Of a stretch of 64,000 nt of DNA, positions 53,495 to 63,100 are shown piece by piece. The DNA lies in NCBI GenBank assembly GCA_965218785.1, contig OZ244650.1, positions 832,001 to 896,000 on the forward strand, read 5' to 3'. The notes beneath the pieces were generated by a model. The model saw only the letters and a program-made list of their open reading frames with translations. It was not told the origin of the DNA and did not search any database. This DNA is from Nitrosopumilus sp. GTDB taxonomy: Archaea; Thermoproteota; Nitrososphaeria; Nitrososphaerales; Nitrosopumilaceae. The translations under genes were made by a program, and so were the position numbers. Positions within the stretch are counted from its first letter, which is position 1. Every line of letters begins with the position of its first letter.

Positions 53495-53536
53495 GACTCA
53501 TGAGTTTCGGGGGTTCAAATCCCTCTCTATACGCTA
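53495..53536 (+). pseudogene. 3' fragment of a long-variable-arm tRNA (Ser/Leu type)
   Basis: gactc-at-gagtt hairpin, T-arm ggggg-ttcaaat-ccctc, 7-nt acceptor strand, then gcta; no 5' half found. Confidence 0.55.
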
Positions 53537-53792
53537 GATCCCGATAACTTCAGTAACCCTCAAGATGTATTATTGGTGTCTGCCTGCATCCTATTCTCAG
53601 ATAATGGTTCGTGTTTTGTGGTACAAAACGGCAGGAAAAAATGCAGGTAAATGGAACGTGTAATCTTGCCTGTTTGAAAGATGGATTTTGACCAAAGACA
53701 TCGTGCTGGCTAACTCCAGACCATGCCATCCACAGACAATCAGAAGGCGGAATATTGACAATCTTAAAAACAAGGCAGGATACACCAGAATC

Positions 53793-54002
53793 ATGGAGAC
53801 AAGAAAATTCACCATACAGGTGATTAAATCATCAGAAGGTGGATATACCGGAAGATGCATTGAGTTGCCTGCAGCAATTAGTGAAGGGGATACAATGGAG
53901 CAATTAGAAACAAACATGAAAGAAGCTGTTCAACTAGTTCTAGAATACATTGAAGAGAAAACAAAATCAGATCAGAAGATAATCATAGAGATTCCAAATT
54001 GA
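53793..54002 (+). CDS. hicB: HicB-family antitoxin
   Basis: GGYTGRCIELPAAISEGDT.EQLE.NMKEAV. Confidence 0.88.
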   Translation: METRKFTIQVIKSSEGGYTGRCIELPAAISEGDTMEQLETNMKEAVQLVLEYIEEKTKSDQKIIIEIPN

Positions 54003-54107
54003 GTCTCAGAAACCACAATTGGCTAGATGTTGTAAAGGCATTAAGCAAGTTCAGTTATTGTGTAGACAGGCAAAGAGGTAGCACTATGAGATGTTTGCCG
54101 ACATGAT
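53999..54107 (+). pseudogene. hicA: Truncated HicA toxin
   Basis: LSLRNHNWLDVVKALSKFSYCVDRQRGS, then loses the GSH His (ggtagcact) and terminates. Confidence 0.7.
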
Positions 54108-54341
54108 ACGTGCGATATCAGTTTTTCAGGACAGGAAGATTTGATCTTGACGTGATGGATATGTTGCACGAGAATCAATTATCCCAAAAACTTTTGATCG
54201 TCACTATAAATGGATTGAATCAGTAAGACACAACTTTTAGCAGATGCATACGATACAAAAGATCCTAGTCGATTATATGAAAGTTTCAAACAATTGCGTT
54301 ATATTACAACACCATATACTGAAACGTACGGCGGATAAAAC

Positions 54342-54746
54342 ATGATAAAACCACATATAGAAAAAACTGGAATAGAACAGGATATTTCTAGATTAGACTG
54401 TATAAGAAAAGAATTTCAAAATTCCACACATATTAATTCAGATGACTTTGCGTATCTGGGACTTGAATTATGCGGTTTGGTAGAAAGATTATTGGAAAAT
54501 AATGATGAGAAAATACAACAAATGATGGAAAGTTACGGTCTAGTCCAAATACAAGAAAATACCGGTAAAGACAACTTTGATTTAGATAAAGAAAGTGTTA
54601 AAAAAATAATATTAAAAGAAATTAGTATTGGTCAAATATTTTATCCAAGTGAGATATCTGATGAATATAATTTGGATCTAAAAATGGTAATGGATGTGAT
54701 CTCTGAATTAAAAGAAAATAAGCAAATCATTGAAAATATAGATTAA
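54342..54746 (+). CDS. Hypothetical protein with C-terminal winged helix
   Basis: FYPSEISDEYNLDLKMVMDVISELKENKQI. Confidence 0.6.
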   Translation: MIKPHIEKTGIEQDISRLDCIRKEFQNSTHINSDDFAYLGLELCGLVERLLENNDEKIQQMMESYGLVQIQENTGKDNFDLDKESVKKIILKEISIGQIFYPSEISDEYNLDLKMVMDVISELKENKQIIENID

Positions 54747-54944
54747 CATGTCAACTCATTATAGTACAATGATTCCATAAAAGGTGAACGTATTGTATGT
54801 AGTTCAGAAAAATGAAACAAAAATACCCATGACCGGAAATCAGAGGTACATGATAATTTCTGGAAAGATCCATATTTCATGATTGTATGTCAGATCATTA
54901 TAACGCACCAGACTCCTAACTGGGATGGATTTACTTATGTATGA

Positions 54945-55301
54945 ATGAGACATACTGATGTCGTGATAATCATTGATCTGCATGATCCCCGGCGTGTGGG
55001 AAAGACCCCTGATGATGTCAGGGTGCTGGTCTCTTCGGGGGATTTTCTTCAGGATGAATTTAAAATCTCCAAGGTGGAACTACGCCTTTACTTGGAGGGA
55101 ACCGATGAAAAATTAGGGGATTATTCGCTGATAACATCCTTTGTTGAAACTGACAGGGGCTCCATTGAAATGATTTATGATGAGGGATTCCGCGGCAAGG
55201 ACTCCCTTTTACGTGCGGCAGAGTTTCTCACTTCCAGTCTGGGAATATCCGGCCTGATTTTACGCTCGGTGATCTCCCTGCGTGAAAAAACCGGGAATTG
55301 A
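54945..55301 (+). CDS. Conserved hypothetical protein
   Basis: Clean 118-aa ORF with core-like composition. Confidence 0.7.
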   Translation: MRHTDVVIIIDLHDPRRVGKTPDDVRVLVSSGDFLQDEFKISKVELRLYLEGTDEKLGDYSLITSFVETDRGSIEMIYDEGFRGKDSLLRAAEFLTSSLGISGLILRSVISLREKTGN

Positions 55302-55364
55302 AGATCTTGAAAATAACTCACGAACTTTGATTGTTACTATAGTAAAGTATGATCTTTGGTTTTA

Positions 55365-55944
55365 CTAAAGTATGTCAATACAGGCTCCCGTGAAACGCTT
55401 GCGGCCATGCGTCTGGTGCCGTATGTAGGTCTCTTCAAACCAGTCTTCCTGACAGTTTTTGTGACGGTAGGATCTATCTGAATGACTCGGTCTTGGATTG
55501 TGATGTAGTTTGTTGCGAGATAATCCTACATAGGACACCGACTTTCTTGTGCTTGTCTTTTTCATAATTATACTGGCCACAGTCATCTTATCCTTCCCTC
55601 CAACGTTTTTTTAAAAGCGTCTATGACTGGTCTGCTCACATATGATTCTCTTGAGGGTTTCATTCTCCTTTTGTAGCACGCGTTCTGGGCTCTGTTTGGC
55701 GGTTCCGATTACAGACATCTTGCCACCGTTGATGAACTTCCCCCTCCACTGATAGAATGTCTGGGGATGTATGTTGTACTTGCGACACAGTTCTGCCGTG
55801 CTGATCCTGGTGTTTATGGATTCCAGGATGATTCTTGCCTTTTCCTGTGGGGTGAATTTGCTCTTTACCATTGGTGTTTTACCTCTTAACCTGCTCAAAA
55901 AGTGTATGTATGCAAGCGGTCTCATTCTAGCGGGGTCCCCACCA
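55365..55944 (-). mobile_element. Truncated IS3-family element (left end, orfA, start of orfB)
   Basis: 5'-TGGTGGGGACCCC end; MVKSKFTPQEKARIILE..AELCRKYNIHPQTFYQW..LQKENETLKRII (HTH_Tnp_1 type). Confidence 0.88.
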
Positions 55945-56019
55945 ATATGCAGTCATGACTAATGGATCATGATGCTTTTATCTTGTTGATAAAATTGTGA
56001 GAATAGGTGACTTCATACT

Positions 56020-56256
56020 TCATTTTATGTATCCATTGTTATAATCACGGGTAAATTTATCCCTGGTTATATTCACATCTTGCAATATTGCTAAAATCAT
56101 CCCTGTTTTTAAGATGTGATTGCCTGCCGATACAGTTGTAAAAAGATCATTGTGCCTTAATGTTACATGACTACCTTTTCTACTTTTTATAAAAAATCCT
56201 TTTCTAATCAAATATTTAATCATGGTGTTGCCAGAAATTTTGGGAATTTTTTTCAA
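56020..56256 (-). CDS. hicA: HicA-family toxin
   Basis: KIPKISG..MIKYL..KGF....RKGSHV.L..G.ILAIL. Confidence 0.88.
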   Translation of the reverse strand: MKKIPKISGNTMIKYLIRKGFFIKSRKGSHVTLRHNDLFTTVSAGNHILKTGMILAILQDVNITRDKFTRDYNNGYIK

Positions 56257-56462
56257 AATTTTTGGATTATATTCAAATTAAAATTATTTCGTTTATCTTC
56301 CGCTGCAAGTTCTATTGCCTCTTTCATGTTTTCCATTACTTCTTTATACGTCTCACCTTGTGAGTTGGCATGTAATTTGTTACATCTGCCAACAAATCCT
56401 CCATCATCCATGTCTTTAGTTATTACAACCGTGTAGGTTTTTTTCTGTATCAATGAACTCAA
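56253..56462 (-). CDS. hicB: HicB-family antitoxin
   Basis: GGFVGRCNKLHANSQGETYKEVMENMKEAI; 4-nt overlap with hicA; TTG start assumed. Confidence 0.88.
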   Translation of the reverse strand: MSSLIQKKTYTVVITKDMDDGGFVGRCNKLHANSQGETYKEVMENMKEAIELAAEDKRNNFNLNIIQKF

Positions 56463-56605
56463 TGTATACACAACTGTATACGCATATGGAATTATTAAAG
56501 GTATAGTTAGTTTAGGCGTTGTCCGTAAATTCACAAAAATCGCCAATTACGAGGCATCATAACCCATCAATGTCCTTGGATTTCGTGCCGATTCCTCATT
56601 CCAAA

Positions 56606-56661
56606 TGGTGGGGACCCCTCAGAATGAGACCGCTTGCATACATACACTTTTTGAGCAAGTT
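56606..56661 (+). mobile_element. Isolated left end of the same IS3 family
   Basis: tggtggggacccctcagaatgagaccgcttgcatacatacactttttgagca, near-identical inverted copy of 55888-55944. Confidence 0.85.
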
Positions 56662-56729
56662 GGGGGAGGGGGCTGGTAATTAGATCAGTTTTGCATGAAT
56701 CCATTTTACACACATTAAATCTACGGGAT

Positions 56730-57184
56730 TCAATCAGGATTAAGATAACACTGCAAAGGTATGCTCCATTCTAACGTGGAAAGATCCACCCCCATAGCTA
56801 CGGCATCAGAAGGCCAGACACAAGGTCCTGCCAAAGTGCCAAAAACCAAGATAGAGATGATCATGTTACCTGTAAATCCGCCAATAATAAAAGACGCATC
56901 TATGCCTAAAAAAAATATAGGCTTGGTAATCCTCATGCCGCCAACACATATCCCCGGAATGAAGAGACATCATCGATAACAAGTAATGATTTTCATCAAT
57001 CATCGTATTTTTCCATTATTTTAAAGACATGCAGCATGTCTTTTTTTATAAAATCCGGTTGTTCTGATTCTTCTCTGGGTGTCTGCCGTACAAATGAATG
57101 CCTCATGCCAGAAAACGGCAAAATCATTGTAATAATCAAAGATGCAAACAATGCTGTTTTTGTTATTTTTTTGATGTTATTCAT
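56730..57184 (-). pseudogene. Fragmented secreted-protein gene
   Basis: Signal peptide MNNIKKITKTALFASLIITMILPFSG followed by short broken ORFs. Confidence 0.4.
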
Positions 57185-57414
57185 TTCTTACATCCCTATG
57201 TGTCCTTTATTATATGAGAAGATCTATGATGTCCTGCAAGTATACACTAACTTTCACAGATGAAGATCATCTTACATCATCTTGGGATCAAACATTTTAT
57301 AAAATTATACCATTTCATTGTGAAATCATCACTGATTTCTCTAACTGTCATGTTGGTAATACCTGGAATCATTTGATGGATACAATTAATAGAAATCCTT
57401 CAACGTGAAAAACA

Positions 57415-57711
57415 ATGATGTCTACTAGTACGTCTTTTTTTTTCCTCAGGGCAATTAACGCAATTGTCATCTTGCTATGTATGGGTTTTTTTGTAATGTT
57501 GATTTTGGTTAGCGGTGAATTTCCAATGTTCGGTCAAAGAGTACGGGGCCCTGGATTATACCTTTATCTTTTTACCATGGCCGGTAGTGGGATTGCACTA
57601 GCTATACTGCAACTAAAAAGTGTGAAACAAAGCGACAAATTCAGTATTTTATGGTATGCTGTAAATGGTATCCTGTTTTATGGCCATAAAATCATTCAAA
57701 CTGAATATTAA
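57415..57711 (+). CDS. Small hypothetical membrane protein
   Basis: 98 aa, 2-3 hydrophobic helices. Confidence 0.4.
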   Translation: MMSTSTSFFFLRAINAIVILLCMGFFVMLILVSGEFPMFGQRVRGPGLYLYLFTMAGSGIALAILQLKSVKQSDKFSILWYAVNGILFYGHKIIQTEY

Positions 57712-57725
57712 TTCCGTACATCTAT

Positions 57726-57782
57726 TGGTGGGGGACACCCCCCTCAATGAGTACACGGATACCTGCACTTTTTGAGCAGGCT
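57726..57782 (+). mobile_element. Diverged IS3 left-end fragment
   Basis: tggtgggggacacc...aatgag...cactttttgagcagg. Confidence 0.7.
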
Positions 57783-57969
57783 GGGATGAGAGAGAGACTA
57801 GACAATGACCTGATTCACTGCCTCAAAATGACTGCCGTGCCTGAAACCAACTCTGTGCATTGACTGTATGGTCAACCCCCACATTCATTTTCCTCCTTTA
57901 TTAAATAAAATATTCCAAATTTGCCCCAAAGTGAAAGATTTAATTCAATTGTGATCTGTCTTTGAGATT

Positions 57970-59835
57970 ATGCGCATACTGCAACTGCACTGTAACAGCA
58001 TCGAGTACACCCCCACACAAAAGGAGATCAAATCAGCCGAGAACATCGAGGATCCCCAAACCCGGATACTAGAGGAGGTCGTAGTCGCATTTGTCGCAAT
58101 TGAAGACGGTGATGACTCCTCAGTGGCTCAAAACGCGGTATCCCAAATAAAAGACTCGATGGGCAAAATCGGCTGTAAAAAACTACTACTATACCCTTAT
58201 GCACATCTTAGTTCCAATCTTGCAAAGCCATCTGTTGCCATGACCCTGCTTGAGGAAATGGAGTCTGCGGCATCGGATTTGCAGGTGTCCCACTCCCCGT
58301 TTGGCTGGACCAAATCATACAAGATACAAGTCAAGGGCCACCCACTAGCTGAGAGCTTTAAAGTTGTTACAAAAGATTCCAAAAGCCCCAAGGATGATGA
58401 GATCACCTCTGATGCATTAAAAGGCGAATCCAAGATCCGCTCCTACTGGAAGATACTCTCCCCTGACGGGACGATGACTGGCATTGAAGATTTTGATTTC
58501 TCAAAACACAGGAAATTGGAAATTCTGGCAAAGTACGAATCGGCAAAACAGCGGCGCGTAGACGAATCCCCGCCACACGTTGCATTGATGAAGAAAATGG
58601 CAATAGCTGACTATGAGCCGGCATCTGATTCTGGCAACATGCGTTTTTTCCCCAACGGACGGCTGATAAAATCACTGATTGAACGGCATGTTACTGACAG
58701 GGTAAAAAGATACGGTGGTTACGAGGTTGAAACGCCGATCATGTATGATTCCGAACATCCCAGCATGGTCAGTTATTTTAACAGGTTTCCTGCAAGACAG
58801 TACAACATTGATTCGGAGGGAAAGAAACTCTTTCTGAGATTTGCCGCATGTTTTGGGCAGTTTCTGATGGCAAACCAGTTTCAACTATCATACAAAAACC
58901 TGCCATACAGACTATACGAACTAACCAGATACAGTTTCAGACGGGAACAGTCAGGCGAACTCGTCGGTCTGAGGCGGCTTAGGGCATTTACCATGCCTGA
59001 CTGCCACGCATTCTGCAAGGACATGCCGCAGGCAGTAGATGAGATTATGACCCGGTTTGAATTATCACAAAGCGTACTCTGCGAACTTGGAATTGACGAA
59101 TCAGACTATACCATGGCAGTCAGATTCACCGAGGACTTTTACAATGAAAACAAATCCTCCATTGAGGCCCTGGTCAGAAAACACGGAAAACCGGTCCTAG
59201 TCGAGATGTGGAAGGAACGATTTTTTTACTTTGTCCTCAAATGGGAGTTTAACTTTATTGATAACCTGGGAAAGGCGTCTGCCTTATCAACAGACCAGAT
59301 TGACGTGGAAAACGGCGAACGATACGGCATTAAATTCGTCGATGAACACAACTGTGCCACGCATCCGATCATTCTGCATAACTCCCCTAGCGGCGCAGTT
59401 GAAAGAATCATTTACGCGCTGCTAGAAAAGGCGGCAACTGACTCCAAAGAGGGACGAAAACCCATGTTTCCGCTGTGGCTTGCCCCGACACAGGTGAGAA
59501 TCATCCCGTTAAAGGAAGAGTTTAACAGTTTCTGTGAAACCCTTTATGATAAAATTTCCTGCAACAACGTCCGCGTTGATATAGATGACAGAAACGAAAG
59601 CATCGGAAAAAGAATCCGCGAGGCAGAAAAAGAGTGGATAAGATACATCCTGGTAATCGGTGAAAAGGAGGCAGGCTCTGCAAATCTTAGTATTCGTGAC
59701 AGGGTATCAGGTAAGGTAGAAGAACTGCCATTTGATGACTTTATAGATAATATACGCAAACAGACTCAGGACAGGCCGTTTACCGGCTTGAATCTGCCAA
59801 AACATCTCTCAAAGCGACCCCAACTGATGGTGTGA
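57970..59835 (+). CDS. thrS: Threonine--tRNA ligase (archaeal editing-domain type)
   Basis: YPYAHLSS, LRFAACFG, FRREQSGE..RLRAFTMPDCH, GAVER, anticodon-binding domain. Confidence 0.97.
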   Translation: MRILQLHCNSIEYTPTQKEIKSAENIEDPQTRILEEVVVAFVAIEDGDDSSVAQNAVSQIKDSMGKIGCKKLLLYPYAHLSSNLAKPSVAMTLLEEMESAASDLQVSHSPFGWTKSYKIQVKGHPLAESFKVVTKDSKSPKDDEITSDALKGESKIRSYWKILSPDGTMTGIEDFDFSKHRKLEILAKYESAKQRRVDESPPHVALMKKMAIADYEPASDSGNMRFFPNGRLIKSLIERHVTDRVKRYGGYEVETPIMYDSEHPSMVSYFNRFPARQYNIDSEGKKLFLRFAACFGQFLMANQFQLSYKNLPYRLYELTRYSFRREQSGELVGLRRLRAFTMPDCHAFCKDMPQAVDEIMTRFELSQSVLCELGIDESDYTMAVRFTEDFYNENKSSIEALVRKHGKPVLVEMWKERFFYFVLKWEFNFIDNLGKASALSTDQIDVENGERYGIKFVDEHNCATHPIILHNSPSGAVERIIYALLEKAATDSKEGRKPMFPLWLAPTQVRIIPLKEEFNSFCETLYDKISCNNVRVDIDDRNESIGKRIREAEKEWIRYILVIGEKEAGSANLSIRDRVSGKVEELPFDDFIDNIRKQTQDRPFTGLNLPKHLSKRPQLMV

Positions 59836-60704
59836 ATATGAGCTTTGTCGATTTATACATGAACAAAAACCCCCTCATTACTGTATCTGATGAGGATTCA
59901 GAATCCGTGGCAACCGTGTTTGGCGTTCCGTTTGATGCCACCCATTCATACAAGCCCGGCTGCAGATTCGGACCAGACGTGATCCGTGATTCATTTAACA
60001 ACATCGAGGTCTTTCATCCGGATCTTCAGATGGACCTGGAATCCAAACACATCGAGGATCTCGGAAACACCCGCCACACTGCCGTCTCCTCTGAGATGGT
60101 CAACATGGTAAGAAAGATAACTGCCGAGCTTGCGGCAAAACAAAGACAGCTCTTCATTCTGGGCGGTGAGCACTCTATAACGTATGGCACATACGCGGGT
60201 TTTCCAAAAGAGACCGGCTATGTCGTGTTTGATGCACACTATGATTTAAGGGACGAACTTGCAGATACGAAACTAAGCCATGCCTCTTATCTTAGGCGGC
60301 TGGTGGAGGAGAGGGGCTCTCAAAACATCCTGCATGTGGGGGCCAGGGCGTTTGTTCGAGAGGAGCTGGAGTTTTTAAAAGAAAACAACATAAAAACAAT
60401 TTCTGACAGGCAGATTCGGGACGGCAAGGCGCCACAGCTCCTAAGGGATTACGTCTCGACGTTTGATACCGTATACTCTAGCTTTGATCTTGACGTGCTG
60501 GATCCCGCATTTGCCCCAGGTGTTGGCAATCCGGAGGCAGTGGGAATCACCTCCCGGGAACTATTTGAGATGATCTACGCCCTTGCAGAAACAAGGGTTG
60601 TTGGCGCAGATATAGTCGAGCTTAATCCATACCATGATAACGGCTCGACTGCAACAATAGCTGCCAAAATAATGTCCACTTTGATTGCCTTGAACCTGTC
60701 TTAA
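59832..60704 (+). CDS. speB: Agmatinase
   Basis: GGEHS, DAHYD, SFDLDVLDP..APG, ELNP. Confidence 0.93.
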   Translation: MNMSFVDLYMNKNPLITVSDEDSESVATVFGVPFDATHSYKPGCRFGPDVIRDSFNNIEVFHPDLQMDLESKHIEDLGNTRHTAVSSEMVNMVRKITAELAAKQRQLFILGGEHSITYGTYAGFPKETGYVVFDAHYDLRDELADTKLSHASYLRRLVEERGSQNILHVGARAFVREELEFLKENNIKTISDRQIRDGKAPQLLRDYVSTFDTVYSSFDLDVLDPAFAPGVGNPEAVGITSRELFEMIYALAETRVVGADIVELNPYHDNGSTATIAAKIMSTLIALNLS

Positions 60705-60819
60705 GACAGGTGATCTGCCGCTGTTACTGCAATTACCCCCTCCTACCGTTTCGTAAATCGGGGTTCTAGCCTGTTTTTCTCCTGCTCACTTTATTAGCTA
60801 GTGGTGTTGGGTTTATCAC

Positions 60820-61392
60820 GTGTTAAATAATCTAAGAGGCGCGCTAGGTCCATCACTTGAAAAAATCGGCAAGGGATTTGCATCCACGGGACTCTCTGCC
60901 AACTTTTGGACATGCGTCGGTCTTGTATTTGCCCTGGTGTCTGCCGCGGTGTATGGTCTGGGGTTTGAATTTGGGCTGATAGCCGGAGGAATCCTGCTGC
61001 TTGTTTCCGGATTCTTTGATGTAGTGGACGGGCAGGTCGCACGGGTTACCAACAAAACATCAAAAAAGGGCTCTTATCTTGATTCGATGTTTGACAAGAT
61101 AGCCGAGGTCGCAATATTTCTAGGAATTTTAATCGGAGGGTATGCAGAACCATACCTGGTGATGCTTGCCATAACCCTGTCGCTGTTAGTCAGTTATGCC
61201 CGGGCAAAATCCGACGCACTTGATGTGAAACTGCAGGGAATCGGAATCGGGGAGAGAGCCGAGAGGCTTTTGGTAATTGCAATAATTGGAATAATCGGTT
61301 TTATGGAGTATGCCGTACTGATCGTCGCAGTGATTGCCGGAATTACCCTGATTCAAAGGATGGTATTTACTGCAAAAAACATCAAAGAGTAA
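60820..61392 (+). CDS. CDP-alcohol phosphatidyltransferase (archaetidylinositol phosphate synthase-like)
   Basis: DVVDGQVAR...G.YLDSMFD motif. Confidence 0.92.
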   Translation: MLNNLRGALGPSLEKIGKGFASTGLSANFWTCVGLVFALVSAAVYGLGFEFGLIAGGILLLVSGFFDVVDGQVARVTNKTSKKGSYLDSMFDKIAEVAIFLGILIGGYAEPYLVMLAITLSLLVSYARAKSDALDVKLQGIGIGERAERLLVIAIIGIIGFMEYAVLIVAVIAGITLIQRMVFTAKNIKE

Positions 61393-61680
61393 CTATCGCA
61401 GTTTTCCGCGTTTTCTTCTACTGTCTGCAGATCTAATCTTGAGAATTTTAAAGTGAATCGCACATGAGATGCAGTACCATTTTAAAACAGTCGGCGATGC
61501 AATGTATGCCCCCTGTGCCCGCAGTTCTTTTGCCAGCGTGTGCTCTACTAGATTCAATCTAGATGTGACTTTTTTTGCCTTGTCTTTTGGAACAGTCTGT
61601 CCGCAGTTTGTACACTGGACTACCCCCGAGGATCCCTTGCCCCCCTTGGTCCTGCCTCTGCTTGCACGTTTTAGTGGCAT
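61393..61680 (-). CDS. rps26e: 30S ribosomal protein S26e
   Basis: MPLKRASRGR..CTNCG..VPKDKAKK..YCISCAIH. Confidence 0.96.
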   Translation of the reverse strand: MPLKRASRGRTKGGKGSSGVVQCTNCGQTVPKDKAKKVTSRLNLVEHTLAKELRAQGAYIASPTVLKWYCISCAIHFKILKIRSADSRRKRGKLR

Positions 61681-61729
61681 GAAAATAAACCAATTTGCCT
61701 ACTTATATTCTTGTTTGTATCATGCGCTA

Positions 61730-61872
61730 TGGCGGGACTGCTACATGAGAACTCAGATACATGCGCTTTTTGAGCAATTGGGAGGTAAAACGTGGTAAAT
61801 GGCAAATTCACGCCACAGAAGGCAAATAATCCTGGAATCAAAACAGCAGAATCATACGGCAGCTGCCACAAG
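61730..61872 (+). mobile_element. Eroded IS3 left end plus orfA start
   Basis: ctttttgagca..gaggtaaaac.tggtaaa..caaattcacgccacag..aggcaa..cctggaatc aligns with the 55944 element. Confidence 0.75.
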
Positions 61873-62188
61873 CATACTAAATCCTCTGACATATCATGGG
61901 GGTGTGGGAGGGGGGCATGTCTGCAGATAAAATCCACGCTTGAATCAGCTGATTTATTCTTGCAGATAACCCAAAACCCTTCTGACTCGTGCCTGAATCC
62001 AGACAAAAGATACCTTATGTTTTAATTCTAGATCGTAGAATATTATTTGATAGTCATGCTGGGTCTTTGCCACAAATGTCTGAGTTCTGGCGTCGAGCTG
62101 ATAGTATCCAAGGGTACGATACTCTGTCGTAACTGTCTTGATAAAAGCAATGCAAAAAACTAAATCCGTTGTTTTAACCATAAAAAGA

Positions 62189-63058
62189 ATGAAACTAGCA
62201 GTATACTCCCACTGTGCAATAGATTCGATTACCATCAATAATCACAATTACGAGCAAATCGGAGGTGCTGCCTGCTACTGTGGTATGACTGCAAGACAGT
62301 TTGATTTTGATGTGGATCTGTTTACAAAATTCGGTCCTGATTTTCCAAAACAGTACCTTACTCAAAGCAATCTTAATTTCATAAACTCAGAGTCTGAAAA
62401 AAAGACCACGAGGTTTGCCATCTCCATTAACGGCTCAGATAGAACCCTGAAGCTTGAAAACTCGTGTGATGAAATACCGTACGTTGATGCCGATGCTGAC
62501 TGCCATATGACAAGTCCGATTTATCACGAGATCTCAGATGAGACTTTTAAGAAGATTAAAAACAACTCTAACTTTCTTTTCGTTGATCCTCAGGGTTTTT
62601 TGAGACAGACAGACTCTCAAAACAACGTCGTCTTGGAAAAGACCGATCTTGATTTAACAGGAGTTGATGCGATTAAAGTCGGCCTGGATGAATCCCGACA
62701 GCTCGTCAGTGGCACCCCTGATGAAATGATGGTGGCATTACAAAAAAAAGGGGTGCAATACGTGCTGCTTACAGATAAGACGGACATCTCCCTCCTGATA
62801 AAAGATAAGATTTTTTCCATCACCCTGCCAAACAAGCAAATTCATGACACCACTGGAATCGGGGATATCTTTTGTACCACGTTTTGCTGTACCATGTTAA
62901 AGGAGAAGGACTTTTTATGGGCGTTTTGCTTTGCTGGCGGTGCCGCCCAGGCCGCACTTGATTCAAAGAACGTGGGACTGCAAAAAATTCCCAAAAGGAG
63001 CACCATTCAGACAAATGCCTCGTATTTTTACAATCTAGTTAAATTCAGGGATTTGTAG
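62189..63058 (+). CDS. PfkB/ribokinase-family kinase
   Basis: IGGAA, VDPQGFLR, DTTGIGDIF. Confidence 0.88.
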   Translation: MKLAVYSHCAIDSITINNHNYEQIGGAACYCGMTARQFDFDVDLFTKFGPDFPKQYLTQSNLNFINSESEKKTTRFAISINGSDRTLKLENSCDEIPYVDADADCHMTSPIYHEISDETFKKIKNNSNFLFVDPQGFLRQTDSQNNVVLEKTDLDLTGVDAIKVGLDESRQLVSGTPDEMMVALQKKGVQYVLLTDKTDISLLIKDKIFSITLPNKQIHDTTGIGDIFCTTFCCTMLKEKDFLWAFCFAGGAAQAALDSKNVGLQKIPKRSTIQTNASYFYNLVKFRDL

Positions 63059-63100
63059 AAGAACATTATTCTTTTATTGCATTGATAGTTTGTTTCTTTT

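Larger units (their letters stand above)
53371..54892. mobile_element. Putative cassette bounded by ~40-bp imperfect inverted repeats (motif copies H - at 53383-53410 and I + at ~54854-54881)
   Basis: Left tgacatacaaatcatgaaatatggatcttctcc versus right ggaaagatccatatttcatgattgtatgtca. Confidence 0.6.

Noticed and set aside
60710-60790. Short similarity (gaaacggtagg) between this intergenic region and ~2071, possibly an IS right end
   Set aside because: An 11-nt match is too short to support
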